Source: Sphyrna mokarran (Eukaryota). Taken from it: 64,000 bases of DNA. Below, piece by piece: positions 13,501-24,859 of this stretch (its first letter is position 1; each line of letters opens with the position of its first letter). The notes beneath the pieces are model-generated. The model did no database searches and was not told where the DNA came from. It saw nothing but the letters and a program-made list of their open reading frames with translations. Position numbers and translations under genes: made by a program. The stretch lies in NCBI GenBank assembly GCA_024679065.1, contig JAGIQG010000006.1, positions 69,502,001 to 69,566,000 on the forward strand, written 5' to 3'.

Positions 13501-13734
13501 ACCCCTTTCAAGTGACCAAAGACAAAATGGACTAAAATATTTTTGTGACAACACAATGTAATTTTAGCACATTTTGTTAGCTGTAGTGAAATGTTAATAT
13601 TTTTCCCCACTTCAGATGGTTAGAATTATAAGACTTCACGTAAGCAGAAACATTAGCTTTCCCTTTGTTGACCTTATATTACCATTAAGTCTGAGGAGCA
13701 ATGCCTTTATATAAAATCACCAAAGTTAGTCTCA

Positions 13735-15270
13735 CATAATTATTATGATGCAGAAGGAGGCCATTTGGTCCATCATGTCTGCACTGGCTTTCCAGATAAG
13801 CATTATGACAGACTGCTATTCTCCTGCCTTTTCCAGTAATCCTACACATCGTTTCTATTCAATCATCTAAATGCCTTTGTGAATACCTTGACTGAACCTG
13901 CCTCTGTCACACTTTCAGGCAGTGCATTCCATCTCAAACCACTCGCTGTGCGATAAAGCTTTTTCTCACATCACATTTGCTTTTTTTGCGCTTTAAATCT
14001 ATACCTTCTTGTTCGTGATCCTTTTACTCTGGGGTGGGGAGGAGAGAGTGGAAACAGTTTACCTATTTTGCACAGACCTCTCATCATTTTGACCATCTTG
14101 ATCAAATCTCCTTTTAGCCTTCTCTCCAAGAAGAACAATCCCAACATCTCCAAACTATTTTCATAACTAAAGTTACCTTTGGAACCACTCTTGCAAACCT
14201 TTCTGCACTCTCATTAATGTGTTCACGTTGTTCCTATAAGTATGGCACCCAGAACAGTACACAATATTCCAGTTGGGATCGAACTAGTGTCTTATTTAAG
14301 TCCAGCTTAACCTCTTTGCTTTTGTACTCAATACCTCTAATAATAAAACCCAGAATACAATATACTCTTTTAACTGCTCTTTCCACCTGTCCTGCCACCT
14401 TCAATGGTCTCTGCACCTGGACTTTAAGAACGTTACCTTATTTTATATTGTTTCTTCATGTTCTTCCTATCAAAATGCATCATCTCACTTCTTCACATCT
14501 GCCACCTATCTGCCTACTCCACCAATCTATGTCCTTTTGAAGTTCTACACTGTCTGCCTAGTTTACAATGCTTACCAGTTTTACCTCGTTTGCAGACTTG
14601 AAATTGTTCCTATACACCAAGATCTAGATCAGGAAAAGCAAGGATCCCAATACTCTGGAATTACATTGCAAATAGTTAGCGCAAGTGGGCGGACACAACC
14701 ACTACAGACTCAGGGTCAGGTTCAACAGCAGTACAGATTTATTTTTATGTCGACGGAGGTGCTAATCCTTAGGTGTTTCCATAGAGGGTTACTGATTAGA
14801 TCAGAGATGCTGATTTGGTTGGATGGGGTGTACTTTTAATTTAGTTCCTGTAGGTGCAATCCTGTCCGGTTCCCTTTGAGTGTTAGCCCGTTTTTGCATT
14901 CTGATAATATGTCCTTGCCTGCTTGTCTGTGTCTGTTTCCTCATAACCTTTAGTGGGGAGGTTCTGAGTGCAACTTTAGTCTGCTTCCATATTGTGTACC
15001 CAATTTCATAAAATTTGTTGTCCGACAACAAAATCTTCCTCCAACACAAAAAATATACATTGACCATTGCACTCTGTTTCCTACCACTCAGGCTATTTTG
15101 TATCCACCTTGTTACTGTCCTTTTTATTTTCTGAACTATAACTTTTCTCAAGTTTGTTATGCAGCACTGTATCATATGTCTTTTGAATGTTCACATACAC
15201 ATCACAGCATTTCTCTCATCAATCCTGTCTGTTACCTCTTCAAAACTCTCCAGCATGTTAGCTAAACATG
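13735..15270 (-). mobile_element. Decayed CR1 LINE interrupted by a solo LTR
   Basis: ORFs 13971-14153 and 14234-14416 (LVRSQLEYCVLFW); continues at 15031-15270 (WIQNSLSGRKQ). Confidence 0.85.
14674..15030 (-). mobile_element. Solo LTR, 357 bp, with 4-bp TSD AAAT
   Basis: AAAT at 14670-14673 and 15031-15034; minus-strand termini TGTTG...TAACT; AATAAA ~65 nt before the 3' end; splits a CR1. Confidence 0.7.
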
Positions 15271-15699
15271 CAAGTGATCTCAATATTTCAGCAAAGTGGT
15301 TAGTGTATGTAATGCAGATTGAAGTCCATCCCAAAAACAGAACATGATCTTGCTAAAATATGTATATGCAAAGCAAATCAAAGGACTATGACAGAGCTTT
15401 GCAAACTATTTGCCAATGTGACTCAAATTTAACTCACTGCCACTTTCACAAGGGCAATCAGAGATGGGAACAAAGGTTGGCCCAGTGATACCCATGTCCC
15501 ATGAAAAATTATACACACAAAATAAATCTCTTGAAAAGTAATGTGGTCCTAGATGCCAGCAAAAGCAAAACTGCAGTATGACATTTTTTGCATCTCAATG
15601 ACAGAAATCATTAAAATTGCTGGCAGGTTAAATAGGAACTAAGTGATCACTTGCTTGGGCCAGGCAAAAGGCAGAAAAAATTCAAACAGTAATTCCATG

Positions 15700-16730
15700 A
15701 TTCAAATATCAGAATTCAATTTTTGCAGACTCTTCGTACCCTCATCACAATTTACTTTCCTACCTACCTTCATATCGTCAACAAATTTGGCTACAAAACA
15801 ATCTGCCCATTCATCCAAAACCATCAATTGTTGAGCGCCCAGCACTGATTCCAGTGATAGTTCACTTAATTACATTTTGTCATCCGGAAAATGATCCATT
15901 ATTCCACTTATTTCCAATTAGTCAGTCAAGCCTCTATTCTGATATCACCCCTAACACCATGAGCTTTCATCTTGTATAGTAACCTTTTATGTGGTACTTT
16001 TTCAAATGTCTTTTGAAATTCAAACTATACCACATCTAGTGATTGGTTTATTCACCTTGCTTCTTATGTATTCAAATAATTTTAATAAAATTGTCGAACA
16101 CTATGTCCCTTTCAAAAAGTCATTTGTAAACTCTGTCAGACAGTATTATGATTTTCAGAATATCTTGATTCAAGGATTGTAATGCTGTTGAATGTCAAGG
16201 AAGATGGTTAGATTACTTCTTGCTTTTGTCCATTGCCTGGCACTGGTGTTGTGCAGATGTCAATAACCTCTTATCAATACAAACTTGAATGTTATCCAGG
16301 TCTTGCTACTTGACAGAATGGATTGTTTCAGCATCTAAAGAGAAACTGAGGTTGCACTCCCTGGAAATTAGTAGTTTGAGGGGCGATTATATCAAAGTTT
16401 TCAAGATATTAAGGTGAACATATAGATAGAAACTACTTGCACTGGCTTAAGAGTCCAGGGTTACGGAGCCTCACCTACAAATTAGAACTAGATGTACAGA
16501 TATTAAATTACACAAATCACAGTACACAAATTTGAAAGTTTTCGCAAACAGCAATTGATGATACCAACTTTTTAATTCTGAAATCCAAGATTGGAAGGTA
16601 TTTTTTTGTTAAGCAGAGGTATTAAAGGATATGGTGCAAAGGTAGGTATGTAGAATCAGACCACAAATTGCATTGTCTGACTGAATGGTGTTAACAGATG
16701 CATGGACTAAATGACATTCTCCTGTTCCCA
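15700..16730. mobile_element. Decayed CR1 fragments (15700-16170 minus; 16340-16730 plus)
   Basis: AKFVDD-like and DFQKAFDKV-like remnants; LRGDYIKVFKILR and CR1 tail. Confidence 0.7.
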
Positions 16731-16867
16731 TGGAGAAAGTGAGAGCTGGGACATAATAAAATCGTAATGTAATGTTTTAAAAATTCTCATTTTCATACTA
16801 AAAAGCACTGGGAAATATAAAAGGGCAAATTAAAAATACAAGGAGGGAAGTAATAAGATTTTTTTTT

Positions 16868-17910
16868 AAAGAGCAACAAAGCACGGGAAACAGGCCCTTC
16901 GGCCCAACGAGCCCGCGCCGCCGTCATAACTATATAGTAGCAAATCCATTATCCTATTATATTATTCCTACATAATAATATATTATTCCTAATATGGAAA
17001 ATTCTCACTATAGGGACAATTTGTTTCCCAATAAGCCTAAGAGCGAATTTTTGGGTTGTGGGAGGAAACCGGAGTGCCCGGAGAAAACCCACGCAACCAC
17101 GGGGAGAACGCGCAAACTCCCGCAGACACCGGCCCAATTCCAAGTGTCTGCACAGCCACATCGATAGTCTCTGAGCTGTCATGGTGCCCTTCAGATGGTC
17201 CACATAAAGCATTCATTTATGACACGAGGTACCAGGCAACCCATGAATCAACATCCAAGAGCCGTACCTGCACCACCTGCCGAATGCATGCTCAATGTTG
17301 GTCAAGTATGGACCGAATTACCTGTGGAAAAAAGCCGTAGTTAAACAGTCCTAATATATCCCTCTATCTGCATACCGCTCATGTGGCTGTCCAAGAGACC
17401 CTTAAACAGCCCCAGCGTGCCTGCTCCCACCACCTTACTCGGCAGTGCATTCCACACCCCCACTACCCTTTGTGTGAAAAACTGCCCTCTAATATTCGTC
17501 CTATACATAGCCCCCCTCACCCTATGGCCATGACCCCTCGTCCTATCCATTTCTAAAGGCGGAAAAAGTTTACCTCCATTTACTCTATCTATACCCCTTA
17601 TAATCTTATACACCTCTATGAGATCCCCTCTAAGCCGACGTCTTTCAAGGGAAAACAACCCCAGTCTATCTAATCGTTCCTCATAAGACAGTCCTTCCAT
17701 ACCAGGCAGCATCCTGGTAAACCTCCTCTGCACTCTCTCCAAGGACTCCACATCCTTCCGATAGTACGGCGACCAGAACTGGACGCAGTATTCCAAGTGA
17801 GGCCTAACCAACGTTCTATACAACTGCAACATCAAACTCCTACTCTTGTATTCTATACCCTTTTCTATGAAAGCTAACATACTATACGCCTTCTTTATCA
17901 CCTTCTCCAT
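16868..17910 (-). mobile_element. CR1 LINE 3' part with a ~470-nt 3' UTR containing an embedded V-SINE (copy A)
   Basis: Intact ORF2 C-terminus to the stop at 17341; UTR has V-domain GGAGTTTGCGCGTTCTCCCCGTGGTTGCGTGGGTTTTCTCCGGGCACTCCGGTTTCCTCCCACA; tail GTTGGGCCGAAGGGCCTGTTTCCCGTGCT followed by an A-run. Confidence 0.9.
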
Positions 17911-17920
17911 TTTGATCCAC

Positions 17921-18180
17921 ATGGGCAGGATAATGGTTAGCACTGCTGCCTCACAGCACCAGGGACCCAGGTTCAATTCCCAGCTCAGGTCACTGTCTGT
18001 GCAGAGTCTGCACATTCTCCCTGTGTCTGTGTGGGTTTCCTCCTCGAGTCTGAAAGACATGCTAAATTCTCCCTCAGTGTATCTGAACATGCACCGGAGT
18101 TTGCCGATCAGGGAATTTTCACAGTAATTTCATTGCAATGTTAATGTGAGCCTACTCATGACACTAATAAACTTTAAACA
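17921..18180 (+). mobile_element. V-SINE with alternative (non-CR1) tail
   Basis: tRNA head TGGTTAGCACTGCTGCCTCACAGCACCAGGGACCCAGGTTCAATTCC, partial V-domain, tail ...GTGAGCCTACTCATGACACTAATAAACTTTAAAC. Confidence 0.88.
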
Positions 18181-18989
18181 AAGCAGTCAAAATATGGAAA
18201 GCATCGCATCACGAAACTATTAAAGTTGAATCATCATGGATTTAAAAAGAAATTAGATAAACAAATTGTTAAAGAAATTAAGGAAAGGCACGTTATGTTA
18301 CTATATACTCCACACTTGTCTGTGAAACTGCTGTAAGTTAGACAGGCATATTCATTATTGTTCTCTGACTTCAAAAAATGAAGAAACAATCATCTTCTGA
18401 AATAAATCAAATAATGCAAAAAATACTACAATGCAAGTATTGAAAATAGTTTACTCTCTTTAAATTTTGTATAAAACAAATTCTTGGCAACTGCACAAAC
18501 ACAGGAAAAGATGCAGAATTGGCATCATTCATTTTCTATGCAGAATCTTGGGTTTTTCTTTCACTGTGAAATTTATTTTGTGTCTGGTAACACAAAATTC
18601 TAGTAAAATTGCTAACAACACATACCATTTACAACAAAACGAACAAATCAATTCATACAAACAAAAACTGAACACCAGCATGTAGAAATAAAAGCCACAT
18701 GCTCATAACTAAGTTAAACTTTCCATCTCTTCCCCTCCCCAAATAAAGCCTATGTTGTCATGCTTATGATTTATATACAAACTGCATGTCATATTTCTAC
18801 CCTTTTCTTTCAACCAAAAACTTAAAGTTAGTCATAACAGGTAATACTTCCACATTGTTTAGAAAGAGAAACTGCCAGAATTACCAGCTGACTGTCCAAT
18901 TTTATGTCGATGATGGAGTACACATTATCCCATCCTTATGCCAAGAATTGTTAAGACTCAATTAACATTAAAACAAACATTACTAATGT

Positions 18990-19230
18990 GTCCTGCTGAT
19001 TGTGGATTGCACAGGTCAAGTACAGTGGCTTAAGAGAACATGACTATTTTACCCAGTGACAGAAGCAGAGATAATAAAGATGATTGTGGATGCCAGTTAC
19101 AACCATGAAGAAGTCCATGTCCATCTCCCCTACTTGCACAAAACCCAAGAGGAGGAGGAAGTGGAGGGACAGGTCGCACAGAACATGGTAGAAAAAGGAA
19201 ATATTTTGGCAAGTAAAAACACTTTCAACA
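18990..19230 (+). mobile_element. Possible heavily deleted Harbinger transposase relic
   Basis: One frame gives IVDCT...WL...PVTEAE...KMIV...YNH...EEEE, echoing Harbinger motifs AIDCT, WLMTP..P.TEAE and KIIV..C.LHN plus an acidic tail. Confidence 0.35.
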
Positions 19231-20965
19231 CTTGGAATATTCTGAGAATATAAATTCTATTTGACCAACTTGTGGCTGAACCCCTTGTATATCAATTTAG
19301 TTGACTCCAATTGCTGAAAATTGAAAATAAACTGATGTTCAATGTACTCATGTCCAAAACACATACAGTCTCCAATTCAAACATGTAATGTCTTAAGCAC
19401 TTTGGCAAAATAACTAGCTGTATGTTTGTCATGTACAGTGAAAATGCATTTCACCCAAGATCATCAGGTTTACTTTAGGTCTGGACTAATTAACTCAGGA
19501 GAAAGATTGAACTTGAGAGTTATGTCTTTGCTGAAATGCACTAGTTTGGAGTGTAAAAAATAGCCTCATGAGAATTTTTTTTTCTAGTTCGTAATTTTCT
19601 TACCTAGACCTATGTCCTTGACAGAAAACCTTCTGCCTGTTACTTCACTCTAATTACACCAACAATGAAAAACACTTCCAAACATTTCAGCTGGGACTGT
19701 GACTCTAAAGATAAGTCCAAGTTTCACAGGAGCCTCTACCCATTGCCTGCACTTATAGAAAACTATGCTAAGATTCTAAAATTTAACATGTTTTTGAGAA
19801 CCCCAAAATCATGATATCTACGTTTTCTATGGACCTGCTATAAAACGCAGGTAGCATGACTTCAGCATAGCAGGGATAGTAGAATCCCAGTTAAGGTACC
19901 CTCACTAAAATAATAGTTCCAGATGCACCAATCGGCAGTAAGAAATACTTTGAACAAAAACTATTCTCCTGAATTTTTTTTCCCTTTTAGTATCAGAAAA
20001 CATGCACAAAGATACAGATGCATTTGATGGTAATTTGAGATCTTTCAAGCCCACAGTCTTGGTAAGCCCACTGAGCAAAACTATAGTTAATATCTCACAC
20101 ATTGTGATAAATTTTAATTCCATTACTACCACCATGTTCAAATTTCTGTCTACCTGCATCAACCAATTCTATCAATTTCACTTTGTGTCATAAAGAAATT
20201 GAAATAATATGGCTAGTCAAATTATAGCAGACCAATTAATGCAAATTAAAGCACTTACAAAACACTTCCTTTATGTTATCTTCTGCTCTCACTTGCTATT
20301 CTTTGTCCTTTATTTAAAATTTGGATTGCAACAGCTGCCCTGATCACATTGGAGATCAATGTTTCATGCACAAATCATTTCAAAAGCAGTTTTCTGCCCA
20401 CTAATAAACTCATGGAGACTCAACAAAGCCCAAAGAATTAACCCAGCTGTGATGCTCTGTGTAAAGACTGATGATGTGGACTATTTGTTTGTTTCTTTCC
20501 CATTAGCAGGTTGATACTTGGTAGTGGTGCTCTACGATCAGGAACTTGCCAACAAAAATTCAAGATTCACATATAAGGACTAGTCATTTGGATGAGTTAC
20601 TGCAGGATGCCACTGCAATACCAAATAATTCACATCCCATCATGATCAACATGCTTCAAAAGGGGAGGGAACTTCTTTAAAATGTAAATCCCATTTTTTA
20701 AATACTTTTGTTGTTTACATTAATCAGTAATAGAGCTTGTGACATCAATTAACTTTATTACTGTAATATTATTCATTGTAGCATCAGCATTTCACCTGCC
20801 ATATACAAATAATCACATCACACTTATCCCAAATCCTAGCAAACATCTGAAGTCTAGACTAATGTTGTTGTATGCCTATTTACTGGACTTCTATTTTTTC
20901 GCAGAACTTAATCAGCACGTGAATTTCCTAGATCATTTCACCTCTCTCAGATAAATGTTTACACA

Positions 20966-20983
20966 TTTATTCACAATTTTATT
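20966..20983 (-). terminator. Candidate tandem polyadenylation signals of C9orf40
   Basis: Two minus-strand AATAAA (20978-20983 and 20966-20971), ~240 nt after the stop. Confidence 0.45.
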
Positions 20984-21216
20984 AAACTCTAGCCTGTTAT
21001 ATCTGAACAGCCTGATTATTGTGAAAGCTGTTGCATCTTTAATATTTTTCCCAAACTATAAGATGGTTTCAGGAAATGTAGATCACTCCCAACAAGCAAC
21101 ATTTTTACAAAACCGGAGAATGCCAACTGCACCTTCCCCTTTCCTCCAGGAAACTTCCTCCTAATCCTTTCAATTAATTAATTTCAAAATATGCAAACAG
21201 AATATTTATGACAATC

Positions 21217-21393
21217 TCAGTTCTGCAGTTCCATCTCTATTTCTGCTGTCTCTTCTGGATCCTCACAATTCATTTCTTCAGCTATCCTCAGCTGTTCAAA
21301 GTCCTCAATCTCAGTCAACTCGACAACAGGCAAAGGAATTCTCCAAAATTGAAATGAGTTATATTGACAGGATACTTCATCCTGTGGTGCACT
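21217..21393 (-). CDS. C9orf40: C9orf40 orthologue, coding exon 2
   Basis: Acceptor TTCTTTTCCTTCCAG|; SAPQDEVSCQYNSFQFWRIPLPVVELTEIEDF...EIEMELQN* matches the C9orf40 hallmark YNTFQYWRNPLPPIDLADIED. Confidence 0.9.
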   Translation of the reverse strand, partial: SAPQDEVSCQYNSFQFWRIPLPVVELTEIEDFEQLRIAEEMNCEDPEETAEIEMELQN

Positions 21394-21739
21394 CTGGAAG
21401 GAAAAGAATAAAAATTGTAAAATGGTCCCAGTGAGTAAGTGCAAACCACCAGCCATCCAAAGGCAAATACAAAACACATTTGGAAATATGAATAACCACA
21501 AGAAGCTACATTTATAAAGTACCTTTTAAAACATACCATACTTTATCAAAGTGTTAGCAAAATAAAATTTAACAATGAGTCAAATATGGAAATATTAGGA
21601 GAAAAGATGAAAAGTTGATCAATCAGGTAGGTTTTGAGGAGAATTTGAAAGAAGGAAACAGATAAAGAGTTTTAGGGAGTTTAATTCCACAGATTAGGGC
21701 CTCGGCAACTGAAGTACCGGCTGTGGAGTTTTTTTTTTC

Positions 21740-22505
21740 AAACTATTCCCAGGATATAGGAGTTGTTGGCAAGGCCAACATTTATTGCCCATCCTTAACT
21801 GCCTTTGAGATGATGGTGGTGAGCTGCCTTTTTGAACTATGTGGTGTAGATACACCTATAGTGCTGTTAGGAACAAAGTTCCACTATTTTGACCCAGCAC
21901 CAGCGAAAGAGTTGTTGATATACTTCCAATTCAGCAATTCAATGAGGAACCTGCAGGCAGGTAGTGTTGCCTTGTATACACTGATGTTGGGCCATAACTT
22001 CCAAGTTCCAAAGCACGGTAAGTGAACAACAGCCCAAAGATCCTGGGGAACCCCTTCCACATCCCTGCACTGAGAACCATCTGAATATGCAATTTAAATT
22101 GTAACTTTCGATGGTTCCGACTGGATTATATCAATAGCTACCCAGAAAAAGAATTAAAAGTGCTTTTAGTTTCTGGGTAACTGTTATACAGACCAACACT
22201 GCCCCCTCATGGAAGTCTCACTATCCCCACAAACTCTAAGGGACACATCAAATCCACCCACTTGGATGTTACAAACTACTTGTTCTTCCATGTGATAGAG
22301 GTCACAGGTTGAAAAAATGCTGTTAAAGGAACCTTGATATATGGCTAAGCACCTTGTAGATGCTACACACTGTTGTTATTTTGTGTTATGTGTTGTTGGA
22401 GCTGCAAGTGAAGAATATTCTATCACACCCCTGATTTGTGCATTTTTGAGAGTGGCCAGACTTTGGGGAATGATGAATTACTTATTGCAGTATTCCTAGC
22501 CTCTG
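21740..22505 (-). mobile_element. Decayed non-LTR retroelement 3' part, with an unrelated insert at ~21975-22275
   Basis: Tail GGCCAACATTTATTGCCCATCCTTAACTGCC seen in elasmobranch LINE/SINE pairs. Confidence 0.5.
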
Positions 22506-22859
22506 ACAAAACTTTGACAAAGTTGATTTGAAACATCGGCTCTTTTCTCTCCTTAAAAATGCTGCCAGACCTGAGATCTCCAGCATTTTCTCTTTTGGTT
22601 CCCAGCCTCTGATTCACTCTTATAGCCATAGAATTTATATGGCTGGTCCAGTTGGGTTTCTGGCGAATGATAGGCCTCTAATGGGGACCTGTGATGGTAA
22701 TGAAATCCACACGTCCTTCGGTGTCTGTCTGGGTTTCCTCTGAGTACTCCGGTTTCCTTCCACACAGTAGTTTGATGTGCTGCAGTCTGCTATTATTATG
22801 GTTGGGAACAGTCATGGAGCCTCATTTTCATATTAGTTATCTATCACCAGAATGGATGA

Positions 22860-23400
22860 GATATCCAAGTATGACATATTGAAGTTTTTAGGCTTTATGT
22901 TCCACAGAGAGGGATAATAAGTAAAATATGGATGAGGGGTAATATACTGGCATGGGGAATTGAGAATTAATGAACTGACAGAAGACAGAGTTTCGGAATA
23001 AGCAAATCATCCTTGGGTTGGCAGCATATCATTATTGTCGTACTGCAAGGATCAGTTCACCCATCTATTTGCAATCTATATCAATGATTTGGATGTGGGG
23101 ACCAATTATAATATTTCCAAGATTGCTGATGACACAAAACCAATGGGAATGAGAGTGGTGAGGAAGATATAAGCAGACTTTAATGAGATTTGGACAGGCT
23201 AACTGGATGGGCAAAAACATGGCAGATGGAATATGATGGTAGATGTGAAATTGGCAGGGGTCTGGATGCACTTGTTATAATTCACTGAAAGCTAGCATGC
23301 AGGTTCTGCAAGGCAAATTTTATGTTGGCCTTTATTGCAAAGAAGTTTGAAATCTTGATGCAATCGTATAGAGCCTTGGTGATACCTCACCTGGAGTCGT
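22860..23400 (+). mobile_element. Decayed CR1 fragment in the C9orf40 intron
   Basis: IYINDLD, SKIADDTK and LVIPHLE remnants. Confidence 0.8.
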
Positions 23401-23660
23401 CTTCTATGCAGACCTTAACTTTGCAACATGTGTAAAACCATCGTAAAATGTCCAAAACGTTTCCTTTACTGTATCAAAGCAACTCAGAATGTTATTTGAT
23501 GTATATAAAGAACCTGACATTATTGCTTTTTGTGTGGTCATTATGGAATGATAGTAATGTTCTCAGAAATTTATGAATAAAGTATATTTTTTGGAAATAA
23601 ATATTTATAAAAGTGGCTCACATCGGTGTATGTGCGTGCGTGAGAGGTCGCTCTCTTTAC

Positions 23661-24089
23661 CTGTGCGGTCCCGCCGGGCAGGCTGCTGCCAGTCAAGGAG
23701 CGGCTGGCCCAAGGCTCCCCGGCATCAAGACCCCGGGTCTGAGGCCAGCTGCGGTTCCCGGGCTGGGCGCCGTTCGCGCCGCGGTCCCCGAGCTGGGCGT
23801 CGCTCGCGCCGCGGTCCCCGAGCTGGGCGTCGCTCGCGCCGCGGTCCCCGGGCTGGGCGCCGCTCGCGCCGCGGTCCCTGGACTGGGCGCCGCTCGCGCC
23901 GCGGTCCCCGGGATTGGTTCCGCGTCCTGCGTTCTCCAGCCTCTTGCAGGCGGGCTCCTGCAGCGCCTCCGCCTGCAGCTTCCTCTTGGCGCTGCTGTGG
24001 CGCCTCAGGCCCTGATAGTCCACAAACAGGGAAAGGAATCGCTTGCGAGGCTGGTAACACAAAAAGTCTTCCGCTTTCCTCTTCGACAT
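23661..24089 (-). CDS. C9orf40: C9orf40 orthologue, coding exon 1
   Basis: ATG at 24089; MSKRKAE...RKRFL...AKRKL...CKR resembles the N-terminus of C9orf40 (MAKRRAE...WKRLL...RKRKI...SKR); donor CAG|GTAAAG, phase 0; CpG island; adjacent to CARNMT1 as in human. Confidence 0.85.
23751..23912. repeat. 30-bp GC-rich coding minisatellite (5.4 units) in C9orf40 exon 1
   Basis: Units GCGGTCCCCGRGCTGGGCGYCGCTCGCGCC start at 23751, 23781, 23811, 23841, 23871 and 23901 (partial); encodes a 10-aa repeat like PGDRGASGAQ. Confidence 0.97.
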
Positions 24090-24281
24090 CAGCTACTCCA
24101 AGTCGCTGCACTCCGCTGAGCGCCAAATTCAAACCGCAGCCACCCCATCCCCCAGCGCTCCTCCTGCACTGAGACCACCAGGCAAAAGTTTCAACAAGAA
24201 GGTATGCTCGTCTCGGTTAATAACCACAAATAATATTGGACTGCCCCCCAAAGACCGGAGGCTCATATTACAGATGTTTAA

Positions 24282-24650
24282 AGATTATTTTGTTAGTGTC
24301 ACATTACATTAACACTGTAATGAAGTTACTGTGAAAATCCCCTAGTTGCCACACTCCAGCGCTTGTTCCTGTACAGTGAGGGAGAATTTAGCATGGCCAG
24401 TACACCTAACCAGCACGTCTTTTAGACTGTGAGGGGAAACCAGAGCACCTGGATGAGACCCACACAGACATGGGAAGAACATGCAGACTCAGCACAGAAA
24501 ATGACCTAAGCTGGGACTCAAACCCAGGTCCTTGGTGCTGTAAGGCAGCAGTGCTAACCATTGTGCCACTCTGGCCTGAATCCAGCATCTGTTTGGGCAC
24601 ACTGAAGGACAACTTAGCATGACCAATGCACCTAACCAGCACATCTTTCA
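24282..24650 (-). mobile_element. V-SINE with alternative tail, plus a duplicated partial body
   Basis: Head GTGGCACAATGGTTAGCACTGCTGCC ending ~24571, V-domain, tail as in 17921-18180; extra body fragment at 24575-24650. Confidence 0.85.
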
Positions 24651-24859
24651 GAGTGGGAATTAACTCCAGGCGTTCAATGAGGAGTTGACCAACCATAGCT
24701 CTAGATTGGTCACTTCCTCTCTGCCCTGCCTTTGCCCATGATGGCTGCCTCCTAAACTCTGGAGACAGCCCCAGGTTGGTTCAGGAGAATCCTGTGTGCC
24801 AGATGGGTGTCACACTGGTGTGTTTTCCCACTGGTGCCATGGAGGGTCATGCGTGAGTG

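Noticed and set aside
16949-17212. 87-aa ORF in the chimeric LINE 3' UTR as a conserved ORF3
   Set aside because: Copy B keeps the ATG but has a TGA at codon 15 and a 1-nt indel; the similarity is explained by the SINE head/V-domain and the RNA stem.
17921-17985. tRNA genes (here and at other SINE heads)
   Set aside because: The tRNA-like segments run into V or Deu domains and tails and lack full cloverleaves; they are SINE heads.
17341-18090. 249-aa ORF as a novel fusion protein
   Set aside because: The N-terminal ~58 aa are the antisense of an adjacent V-SINE abutting a 5'-truncated CR1; chance read-through.
23751-23912. CRISPR array
   Set aside because: Head-to-tail tandem units with no unique spacers, in a vertebrate exon.
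23573-24172. Overlapping ORFs (199, 168 and 135 aa) around C9orf40 exon 1
   Set aside because: Stop-poor GC-rich 30-bp repeat; only the 24089 frame has C9orf40 motifs and splices in phase to exon 2.
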